Positions 53,508 through 64,000 of a DNA stretch of 64,000 nucleotides are shown in pieces. The DNA lies in the NCBI GenBank assembly GCA_040954595.2, contig CM082594.2, positions 270,208-334,207 on the forward strand. Direction: 5' to 3'. Numbering within the stretch: position 1 is the stretch's first letter; each line of letters begins with the position of its first letter. Under the pieces are notes generated by a model. That model worked only from the letters and a program-made list of their open reading frames with translations, made no database searches and had not been told where the DNA came from. A program made the translations under genes and the position numbers. Source of the stretch: Balanoglossus misakiensis. Taxonomy: Eukaryota; Animalia; Hemichordata.

Positions 53508-53655
53508 ATCGAATTAATTACAGGTGTAGTGTCGAATTAATTTTACGTGTTGTGTCGAATTAATTTCACGTGTAGTGTCGAATTAATATCACCTGTTTGG
53601 TCAAATTAATTTCACGTGTTGTGTCGAATTATTTTACGTTGTGTCGAATTAATAT
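53508..53655. repeat. Short tandem repeat of gtgtcgaattaatttcacgt-like units
   Basis: About six imperfect ~24-bp copies. Confidence 0.8.
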
Positions 53656-53908
53656 TGCCCTTAGAATCCTTTCCGCGTAAATCAAGATGGCGGCGGCTGA
53701 GCATGTCTTTCTCGCTGCATAAAGTTCAAAAAGGGGCCGTTGTACAAGTTGTGAGACGTTTTGGGGCGATTTGCTGTCTAATATAAATGCAGTGTGCTCG
53801 AAAACGACGATCGGTGCACGAGTTTTGGTCTACAGACAGAATTTTCTAGTCAAACCACTCAAAACCACTACCAGTTGGTGTAATCGCCAGCCTTGCTATG
53901 GTATAGCC

Positions 53909-53981
53909 TAGCTCTGCGTACAGTGTTCTTGGCGTGGAGGCCGTGTAACGCCGGGAACACACAGACCTGTACGCAGAGCTA
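53909..53981. mobile_element. 73-bp micro-element with TAGCTCTG termini
   Basis: TAGCTCTGCGTACAG ... CTGTACGCAGAGCTA; flanks ggtatagcc / gctgttgcc match only 6/9. Confidence 0.55.
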
Positions 53982-54218
53982 GCTGTTGCCCCGCGTTGCC
54001 AGTTCACCTAGATTGAATAAATTTTGACATCTGAAAATACGAAAATTGTGTTAATTTGTTATTTCCCGAACTAAGAAATAGCTGTAGGGCCAGACCCTGG
54101 GAAACGACAAATAAAGTATTCCTTAATATTTCCTTGTAAACTCAAGTTTTGTGTAAATAAATTTGAATTAAAAGGACAAAGTCTCTCTCTACATAACCAT
54201 ATTTATTGGAAATTTGAT

Positions 54219-54862
54219 AGCTTGCATTCTAGATTTACCTCTGGAGGGGGGGTGGGGCAAGAGAATTCAATTTTTTTACCGCTAAATTTCACATGCCCAC
54301 CGTACACAACGAGAAATATTTTCAAATCCCCCCTTCCGAACTGCCAAAAATTTGAAATTCCCCCATTGTGTCCAAACACATCACCTATCTATCTTGTAAA
54401 AAAGAAAAACTTGTTTTTATTTTTTAAGTATTTGTATTCTGTGCTGGGAGACATTGAAAAACCGAGAATTGAAGGGGATTTTATAAAATACAGAGCTCAA
54501 AGCTGCATTTTAATGAACCTGGCAAAAGCAAATTAACTCAACTACCGGTATGTTGGGGAGGACAAATTTAACTGTCGCCGCTCAAAGTTATCATTGGGTG
54601 GGGTAAGACCCCTGACCTGGGACACTAGCTAAACCAGTCAATGATTGAAAGGTGTTGATGAATGGAGGGGGTGGGTATTAGAAAATTTTGTAAAATAAAG
54701 GGCGCAAAACTGTATTTTTGTGGACTCAAAATAAATATTTAGTCGTCAAAGTTTTCAGTCCCTAAATTATTTCAAATTCCCCCCTTACATACCCTCAATT
54801 TTTTTTCAAATCCCCCACTCAATTCTCCCCCCCCCTGCAGAGGTGTTTGTGAATGCAGCCCT
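54219..54862. mobile_element. Degenerate Harbinger-like MITE
   Basis: tgcattc..acctctggaggggg ... ccccctgcagaggt..gaatgcagccct termini; internal blocks shared with 56938-57573. Confidence 0.55.
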
Positions 54863-56392
54863 ACTGTCTATGTATCTCTGTTTACGTCTATGGTGTGGGG
54901 TAACACAGAAACATAAACAAGTACAGAGATTGTTCAGCAAGTAATGTTAATTGTAGAAAAAAGTATATCAGAACAGCGTTAATGCAAAGTTCCTCAAGAA
55001 AGAGGGACTTTAGTGCTTAATGTTAACAGCTCCTTATGGTGTAACTAGGCCTTTACCGATACCGGCGATGCCTCCACACCATAGTACCACAGCTCACTAG
55101 CATTGCCATAGGCAATGCTGGCGATTATCCCAACTGCGTAGTGACTAGAAAATTCTGTCTGTAGACCAAAACTCGTGCACCGATCGCCGTTTTCTAGCAC
55201 GGAAGAAAACGCCTAGAAAACGCCGTTTTCTAGGAGGAAGAGCTCCCTGTGGTCTTCCCATAAACGTTGGAATCACACTGCAGTGGTCGCCTGATTCAAC
55301 CAGTAAAGGTCACATGAGGTCATCAATTGTTGTCGGTTTTCTGGTTGAATATTCTCTGAAAGCACGCCTTAACATTGATATTTTGCAATTGGTGTCAGTA
55401 GTCATGAACTTTAATGTATGGAGCATCACTCGGCCCCAGTTACTGAGTTGCGATAGGGCGAAATCAACAGCGGAAACTGATTGTCGATCGTCTATGTCTC
55501 AAGCTTACCTTGTTTACGGACTGAATCAGGGGACTGCAGCAGCGTTATTTCGACGAATGTGATTCTACCCACACATTAAGTCGTGAAAACTATCTGTGAT
55601 ATCTTAAAACACACTAAATACTGTAATGTTTCAATACTCACTGCGCCAAATATGTATATAGGAATAATGATGGTGGACAGTGTGGGGGGCATGACTTGCA
55701 GAAAACAGCTGGTTGCTCGCTCCTTGGCTTCGCATGTTTTCCGCTATTCTTTCACAGAAATATTGACACTGTCCTGGATGTGTAACGAACACTGGCCAAG
55801 TAACGTCCATAGAAAAGGCGACATTGGAGTTGACGACAGAAAAAATGTGCCATTAAAACGAACTGGCAGATTCGCTAGCCTGCATCTCAAATGTGTTTAC
55901 AACGAAGACGCTGTAAGGGGTCAAAGTCTACGGGTCGAAGGTCAGCAACAGCGTCCTCGTGGGGTATATTCTGCGGGACAATCCCTCTTTCTGGAGTGTC
56001 CAACGGAAGAAGCGGGTGGGTCTGCTTCTTCCGCTGCACTCTTTTTTGGGAGCGCAGCGGAAGAAGCAGAGGGGTCTGGGTAACCAAACTTGTTATCTGA
56101 GGTATACAAGAAACTTGAGTAAACAAGAGACAATTTCAAAGATCTTTGAAAACACAGATGAGAGCGAAATAGGTCGATAATAAAGGTCGCACCATTCTAG
56201 ATTTCATGAAGTAATTGTAACTAATAACCTGCAATTGCTGAATTTTAACGAAAAGAAATAAAAAAAATCAACAAACTGACTCTATTATGTAACGCTTTGT
56301 GTAAATTGGTACATTAGAGTTGAGTTGATATGCCGAATTATTGCAGAATATAACAGGAAATGGGATGGGAGAACCTCAGGCTACCATGACTA

Positions 56393-56594
56393 CTGTTAGG
56401 CCTAAACACTTTATTTTCGCAAGTTGAAATTTTCGCGATATCGTGAGAGGCCACTGTTTTAATTCCCGAGTTTTAATATTCGCGTTCTCTTATTTCATTC
56501 ACTGCATCGTCATCTTCAAAAAAATTACGCGACTTTTTATTTTCACGCTATTTTGGCTTGCGCGTATTTCGCGAAAATTTATTGTCTTTTACAG
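56393..56594. mobile_element. Degenerate ttcgcg-rich TA-type MITE resembling 1827-2346
   Basis: tactgt...attttcgc...gcgaaaattt...ttttacag. Confidence 0.45.
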
Positions 56595-56937
56595 CGTATA
56601 CAAAGGAGTGGATTTCAGCTCCTAAAGTCAGGGGGTTCCAACACATTTCAGTTCATTCTACACCCTGTTCTACACTAATAAAAGAGTTCGTTCCAGAGTG
56701 GGGTCCAGCCTGGACTACAGGCCTTGTCCAGTATATCCACGGTTGATCCTTTTTGAAATAAAGTCATAGGCCTATCATTGGCGTTTAAATCTACTCTACT
56801 CGTGTTCCCGTCTCTTCATCAACCGACATTCCGACCAGACTCTACGAATTTATCCCACCAATTATGGGCTGAGGGAAATATTTGCCATTTGGGGACAATT
56901 TTCTCTCCAAAATCGGCATGATCGGTACATAATGTTA

Positions 56938-57573
56938 GGGAGCATTCGTTTTTTACAGGGAGGGGGGGGGGGGCGGTGGAATTTGAGTCGCCGACTAAAT
57001 GTAAAAGGCAACCCCCCCCCTCGAAATTACTTTTCTAAAATGTGTCCCCCCCCCTAAATTCTTCAATTGTAAAATGTGACCCCCCCAAAAAAAAGAGTTT
57101 ATCCTCCGGATTAAACTTGAAATGCCCCCCCCCCCCAGTTTCTTTCACAGAGCAAAACACATATATCACCTCTATATCTTGTAAAAAAGAAAAACAGCGC
57201 TCCCATGAAAAGAATTTGAAACCGATGTTTCCCCTCATCATCAAAACTGAACACTGTTTTTATTTTTTAAGTATTTGTATTCTGTGTTGGGAGACATTGT
57301 AAACCGAGAATTGAAGGGGTGGGTTTGGGAGGGGGTGTCCCCCTCCCACATTACAAAATTTTGTAAAATAAAGGGCGTGAAACTGCATTTTTGTGGACTC
57401 AAAATAAATATTTAGCCGTCAAAGTTTCAGTCAAGTCCCCCCCTTTCAGTCCCTATATAATAATCCCTTGATTATAAAATTTGTCCCCCCCTAAAAACTG
57501 CTTTGTAAAAGTAAACCCTCCTCCCTGATTTCCACCGCCCCCCCCCCCCTCCCTGTAAAAAACGAATGCTCCC
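56938..57573. mobile_element. PIF/Harbinger-type MITE with TTA TSD
   Basis: TTA-GGGAGCATTCGTTTTTTACAGGGAGGGG ... CCCTCCCTGTAAAAAACGAATGCTCCC-TTA. Confidence 0.88.
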
Positions 57574-58849
57574 TTACGCATCCGAGCCTACTCGGCGTGA
57601 AAAAATGTTGATTCTGTAGGCCAGTGTAGGCCTAAATTGCTATCAAATACAAGTTTTAAATATCTCAAAATTCATGTTTGGGAATAAAACTTTTGCAGAG
57701 TTCGTCTATTAAAATATGAAAAGACGTTTTACTTTTACAGTTTTACTTTCCAGTACTGGTCTGTTCCCCCGCCCATTCCCACGCTGACTGCGCTATAGGC
57801 TAAAAGGAAAGGATGGCTTTGCTCGTCACCGTGACTGTAGCGAAAGGGAATCGCTATATAACATCCGCTGTATTAGATACACTGCCCGGGGAAACTTTCA
57901 TAGCAGTCTGGGCCATCTGGCCTTATATATTACACGGCTTGCAATGAACACTCGTACTTGGAGCCAGCTGACAAAAAAAAACAAAACATGGCCTTGGGGG
58001 CGCTGTATAGTCGTGGTGTCATGGCGGGGCGATTTGAATCTCTGACTTCCATCGGTCGGATTGAATGGATCGCGAAGCCCTCAAAATGGAATATTATTCC
58101 TGAAATACTGCTTCCAAGTATTCGCCAGAGGTCCAGGTGCAAGTTTTATCATGAACAGTTCAAGTTTCTTGTGTATTTCTAGCGCAGGCAGTGGAAGTTG
58201 TCCAACGTAATGGAATTTTACACGATTGCGTCACAAGGTGTCATGGCGGACTTTATCTCTCTGACGAGAATATTCGGGATGGATGCCGTCACTGAACGCG
58301 AAGAATAGTATATTATGATTTGTGTGCGCGTTTGAATCCAAATGTTATGCTGGAGTCCCTCTGAAGATGTTACACAGTGTGCATGGAATATCGTTGGTCG
58401 ACTTGAACGTTTCAGTGAGTACATTAGGTCCTATTTAATTAAATTTAATATCGTGTTTACGAAAAAACATGCCGTGACATAATTTGTGACCCCGGCCAGC
58501 ATTGACGAAGGATTCAATTTTATTACACATATTCATAGTAAGCGAAAAATTGGGTTTCAGATGCATTTTTAGGCTTTTTATATCATAATAACGAGTTTGT
58601 ATGAATGTTTACTCATAGTCGTATTCATACAACAAGCTAAATAGTCAGTAGTTCCATAGCAAACCAAAACTATCCATATAAAGCATGACTAGACAAATTT
58701 CTATCCGAGCAATTACAACTTGAATTTCACTAGAGTAGCAACGCTCATAAAGTTGACTGAAACGTTGTGTTTAGGTCCCATGGTATGTATGTCAATCCAA
58801 ATAAAAAAACTTGGAAACCACTTGGCATATCACCTTGATATAAACGAAG

Positions 58850-59720
58850 TTGTCATTCTCAAAAATATGCAAATTAGCTTGAAAATGTGAAATTGGTCAA
58901 AACTCCGAAACTCAACAACTATTGGGCAAATTGCTTTGAAAATTGGTATGAATGTACCTTATGTCAACCACTGAACCTCATACAGTCCTCAAAATTTTAG
59001 TTAATATCATGAATTTTCTATTTTTATGAAGATTTTAGTCTTTTTTTTATATTATAGACTGTAAACAATCATGCGTTGATTGCTTTAAAATTTATTATGA
59101 AGCTTCCAATAGGTAATCTAAGTCATTTTTTCCAGTTTGTTGCATAATTTGCATATTTGTAATTTTTGGGTAATTTTTATGATTTTGTGTAAAAAATCAT
59201 TTCTCTGAAACCTCTTGTCCAGAATCATTAGGATTTTGGTAGGCATGTTCCTAGGGATAACCCAAGTAAGCTGTCGTACATACCTTGTTGGTGAAATTTC
59301 CATATTCGTGTTCTTGGGGCAATTTTGGGGGATTTTGCGCAAAAAAATTGTTTTCTATGAAACCGTTTGTCAGATTGCTTTGTATTTTTGTAGGCACATT
59401 CCTTATGGTGATTGAAGTAAGACATTGTACAATTCTGGTGATATTTGCATTCTTGTGTTTTTACCACTTTTGAAGCAATATTGCTGTGACATTTTGTGGG
59501 AATTATCATGTGGGAACTCAAGTAGGTAATGAAAAGTGTTGGTGAAATTTGTGTTCTTAGGGCAATTTTTGGTGTTTTGGGTCTTAATTAGGGACCCAAG
59601 CGCCTAAGGGCGCTTGGGTCCCTACTGTAATTACTGGAGTTTTTTTTTCTTTTTTCTTGAGTCATTTTAATTTTTTGTTCACCTAGATCTCAGAAACTGC
59701 GCTTCTGAACCTTGGCATAT
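58850..59720 (-). repeat. Helentron-like repeat remnants with a terminal hairpin at ~59590-59623
   Basis: Hairpin tagggacccaagcgcctaagggcgcttgggtcccta followed by a T-rich tract and agatctcagaaact, resembling the array 3' end in reverse orientation. Confidence 0.55.
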
Positions 59721-60389
59721 AAAGGTTGGCAAACACATCTGGTCACTGATAACATACTTTGTATAAATAGTGGGACTTTTTTGTTTTGGTTATGTAAATG
59801 TCTCCATACACAATATTTTTAGCCTGTCAATATGATTTTTCCACAGCGGACACAATGTGTGTTTGTGCTGTGGTGAATCTAGGATCAGAGATTTGAGGTC
59901 ATTTTTGCCGGTGGTCTCCACTTTAAGGGCCTTTTGATAATGAGAGGGACATTTTTTCTGTTGCCATTATGACAATCATACTAGTATACAAATATTCATA
60001 AAGTAAGGCAAGATTGAGAGTAAGAATTGCAGAGAATTCCATTGCAGTTTTAGTCTGTACACTGCACTGCAACTACACCCCATGTAAAGTGTAGGAATAA
60101 AATTGTGCTATCTAATCTTTTTTTCGGTGTGATCATGATTATCAATGATGATTTGTGAAGCATTTTCCAATATTTTACAATGTGAGCTGCTGTTCTGAGT
60201 CAATGATCTGAATTGCACATTTGCATAAAGTTCAAAAGAATAGCACCCTTGATTCAAACACCAACTGTATACTCTTAATGTTGAACTGCCTGTGGTAACA
60301 TTTTCTGGGCTTTTACTGAGGAGACTATTGACAATTGACCATGTCTGCGTCTATTCAAGTATTTCAGCATTCTCAGCCTAGGAAGTTAA

Positions 60390-60734
60390 ACGGACAAAGT
60401 CTCTCTCTCCCTGCCCTTTTCCCATTAATTAGGTTTGATACAACACACTGTTTATGTTAATGAACATTTGTATATGTAGTGAATGTACATTCAACAACAC
60501 ACAAATTCCATACCACTTGTATGATATGAGAGTGAAAGCTCACCCAAAATGAATAAATGGTAGACACTGATTATTCATTTTGGCGAGTTTTTCACTCTCA
60601 TGTCTACAAGCGGGATGGAAGTTGTGTGTTTTTGAACGTTGGTTCACTATATATCCACATATACATTAACATAAACGGTGTCTTGTATCAAACATAATTA
60701 TTGGGAAAAGGGTAGCAAAGAGAGACTTTATCCT
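60390..60734. mobile_element. Kolobok-like palindromic MITE (family of 10504-11034)
   Basis: TTAA-acggacaaagtctctctc ... gagagactttatcct-TTAA; long arms. Confidence 0.75.
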
Positions 60735-61699
60735 TTAACTTTCCTGCTTAGAACTATAGTAAATGTTCTCCTAAATTTTAAAATTTAGGATTATAATATA
60801 AGGCTCTGTAGTTATCTCATTTTTATATGTGGATGAGAACTGGCAACAGTTTTATAAACACCTTTATACAAATTTGAAGATGAAAACATATGAGTTCCTC
60901 TTACCCATGATTTCTATATTTTTTGAAAGTTTTGATTTTGTGCTCAAAATTGTTTTCAACTTTCTTAAATTGCAGGAGGAACTTTCCATGTGATCTAGCC
61001 GACAGGACTTGTGGGAAAAAGTTGAAGATTACAGAAATAGATGTACATTATAGCAGCCGAGCTTTGAGCAGGGAAGTAAAATTTTTTATACGATGTACTT
61101 TATTGTTTTACTTGACAGCTTAAATATTGCATAATTGGCAGATGGTGCAAAATTCTGGCTGCCTTTAATAGGTGTTCACTTTGTGCTAGGGGGTCAAATC
61201 ACATTATAATAATTGCATTCTGGGTAAAAAGTCGACAACTCACTGTAGTAAGAGATAGAATAAATGATATGTTTACTGTATGTTATGACTTTCTTTGGTC
61301 AAACATGTCTGTCTTTGTACTTAACATATCAAACTCATTAAACTTTTTTCACATTTTGTTATTTTTTCTGTTACAAAGATTCAGAAAGACTCAATATCAC
61401 TTTAGCTCATGAACTCCCATTTCTTAAACATGGCAAAAATCGGCCATCTTGAAATTGTGTCGACCATATTATGAGATTTTCATCACTCACTTAGGTAGCT
61501 TAAAACCTATTTAAGGTAGGGAGGATTAAAAACGACATGGTAGGCATCTGCTTTTCAGTTTGGATTAACTTCATGATGTTCAAATGCAAATTACGGCAAA
61601 GAGGATGATCACACCAGTCACGTTGAAATTGGAGCAGTAATATTCTTAAAATCAATGACAATTGAAAGACAAATGTAATATGAGAAAAAAATGATTAGG

Positions 61700-61882
61700 A
61701 ATAATAGGATGAATAATAGGAGGATGATAATAAAATAACTAAAAATAATGACTACAATGATGATGATGATAATGATGATTGTGATGATGATGATAATGAT
61801 GATGATGATTATAATGAGGATGATGATGACAATAATGATGATGAAGATGTTACAAAAACAGTAACAATGATGATGATGATTA
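61700..61882. repeat. (GAT/AAT)n microsatellite
   Basis: Visible directly. Confidence 0.9.
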
Positions 61883-62671
61883 GTTCTTTATATCTGTGTA
61901 AGAAAGACACCAATAATAGTAGTTTCTGCAGAGCATATGTCAATGTGGTATTGTCTGGTTTTGGTGAATCTTCAGGATACTTTGAGACGCAATAGGTTGG
62001 AGAATGAATATGTCTTGAGTGGTATAGGTGGTTAATATTTGTTTCTTAGTGGTCTTAATTTACTCCAGAATAATGGGTGTAATGTTGTATCTGTTACTAG
62101 CGTTAGCTTTGGCATTGTGGTTGTAGTGGTATAAAATAACAGAAATAATAATGTAAGTAAAGGTTTAATTTAACCATAAATATACGTTACACAGAGATGT
62201 ATTTTCATCCAGACAATCAGTCACATTCATCTTAAATATTCGTCAGAATTGGTAGCCTAATGTTTATGCATAGTTCAAGTTTGCATTACATACTTTGTGA
62301 TTCTGTGTACAGAGTTTTGCAAAGCAAATGTGTTTGTACAAACCAGGGTAAAATGATCCTAGTACATAGAGCTGTTGGTGAAAATTTATGACTGGTATAG
62401 ATATATATCATTGATATGCCTGTTATTAAATGAATTAAATAAAGTTTTCTTTTTTTCTAGGAATGCACTTCATATGAATCCCTGTTGCCTCGTATCATTT
62501 TAATGTACAAATGTAGCAGCCATTTTGCTTGACATGTAAAATATATCATGTAACGGGTTCGTCTGTGTTTCAGACAAAATGCATGCATGCAAATTTAAAT
62601 ACAGTTACCATGGTAAATGGAGATCTGTACTAACTGGTACAGCAGTTTTAACCGTAACATAGCGGTGTTGA

Positions 62672-63162
62672 ATATGATAATACTGGTGGTGATAATAGTG
62701 ATGACAATGAATGTGAATCTGGTGGTACTGGTGATACTGATTAAGATAATAATGGTGGTGATGGTGATGATGATGGTGATGATGGTGATAATAATGGTGG
62801 TGATGGTGATACTGATGGTGATAATAGTGGTGGTGATGGTGATGATGATGATAATAATGGTGGTGATGGTGATGATGATGGTGATAATAATGGTGGTGAT
62901 GGTGATACTGATGGTGATAATAGTGGTGGTGATGGTGATAATGATGGTGATGATAGTGATAATAATGGTGATGATGGTGATAATGATGGTGATGATGGTG
63001 ATAATAATGGTAGTGATGGTGATACTGATGGTGATGATGGTGATAATAATGGTGGTGATGGTGATAATGATGGTGATGATTGTGATACTGATGGTGATGG
63101 TGGTGATACTGATGGTGATGGTGATAATAATGGTTTAGATGGTGATACTGATGATGATGGTG

Positions 63163-63224
<62 letters not shown>

Positions 63225-63225
63225 A
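62672..63225. repeat. Compound (GAT/GGT/AAT)n trinucleotide repeat
   Basis: Visible directly; produces the spurious M/V/I-only ORF 62617..63138. Confidence 0.95.
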
Positions 63226-63479
63226 CTTATAAAAATAAAAATATCATACTCACATGTAATGACACAAAGCTTTGTAAATGGGTGATCTGCTGGGTGCAGT
63301 CATGCTCTCAGGTGTTTTTTATTAAAACTTGCACACATGTGGGTGTTCCCATTCTGACCTGGCCAGTCAGATTTGGGGATGTCATAACCTTGCACTCTCA
63401 AACATGAAATACCGTATAAGTAACCACGCACTCAGAAGTTTCTGATTTATCAAACTAGTTAATAATATTACACTATGGA

Positions 63480-64000
63480 ATTTGTGGTGTTATAACATGA
63501 ACAGTGTTTCACAATTGTAAACAAACAACCTGTGTGAAACCAGGGTGTTCTTATTGATAATGATGGGGGAAGGGGGTTGTCAGTGATTACAAATTTTTGT
63601 GTCAGGTACTGTAGCTTGATATGAGAACTTTAAACTAACCTGCAGTATTAAAATGCTGCACCATGATGTGATTAATTTCATTAATAATTTTACCAAGCAT
63701 GTGTTCTTAAGGGAACAATGTTTCACAATCGTAAACAAACAACCTGTGTGAACCAATGTGTTCATAATGATGGGGTAGGGGGTTTCAGCTATTACAATTT
63801 TTTGTTTCAGGTACTGTAACTTGATATGAAAACTTTGAACTAATCTGCAGTATTAAAATGCTGCACCATGTTGTGTTGTACCATTAATAATTTTACTATG
63901 CTTGTGTTATTAAGTGAACAGTGTTTCACAATCATAAACGAACAGCCAGTGTGGTAATGATCGGGGGTGGGGGTTGTCAGGGGTGGGGGGTGTCAGCGAT
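63480..64000. repeat. ~205-215-bp tandem repeat (about 2.5 copies visible)
   Basis: aacagtgtttcacaat..aaacaaacaacctgtgtg recurs at ~63501, 63714 and 63918. Confidence 0.85.

Larger units (their letters stand above)
53794..55200. mobile_element. Segment bounded by ~110-bp inverted repeats (unclassified)
   Basis: gtgctcgaaaacgacgatcggtgcacgagttttggtctacagacagaattttctagtca (53794) is inverted at 55142-55200; a second block cagttggtgtaatcgccagc is inverted at ~55104-55136. No TSD seen. Confidence 0.6.

Noticed and set aside
55314-56180. Overlapping ORFs of 65-166 aa
   Set aside because: No recognisable motifs, non-ATG starts for several, and overlap on both strands; cannot be supported as coding.
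62617-63138. 173-aa hydrophobic ORF (M/V/I-rich)
   Set aside because: It is the translation of a GAT/GGT/AAT trinucleotide repeat.

Overview
AT-rich, repeat-dense eukaryotic DNA with GT-AG exons; the repeat families suggest a marine invertebrate (inference). I see no intact protein-coding gene. (1) Bases 1-11.5 kb and 21.5-34.4 kb are two copies of a recent segmental duplication, so many insertions can be checked against an empty site. (2) 16454-24055 is a full-length but decayed Academ-type DNA transposon with 32-bp TIRs and a TACA target duplication. Its transposase has DDE motifs, an XPG/FEN1-like nuclease and a Cys-rich tail, plus an OTU deubiquitinase domain lying between the first and second putative catalytic Asp motifs. 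(3) The duplicated unit also holds a minus-strand pseudogene mosaic of MED25 exons, a decayed C76-type peptidase and calcium-binding EGF exons. (4) 35.6-53.2 kb looks like a ~1.4-kb satellite but parses as 12 Helentron-like elements nested into each other's (AAAG)n tract, with 3' hairpins stacked last-in-first-out and matching by subfamily. (5) The rest is MITEs (Academ, AcademH, Kolobok, Harbinger, piggyBac-like, TA-type), Crypton-like palindromes and simple repeats. All family assignments come from motif recognition by eye, not database searches.
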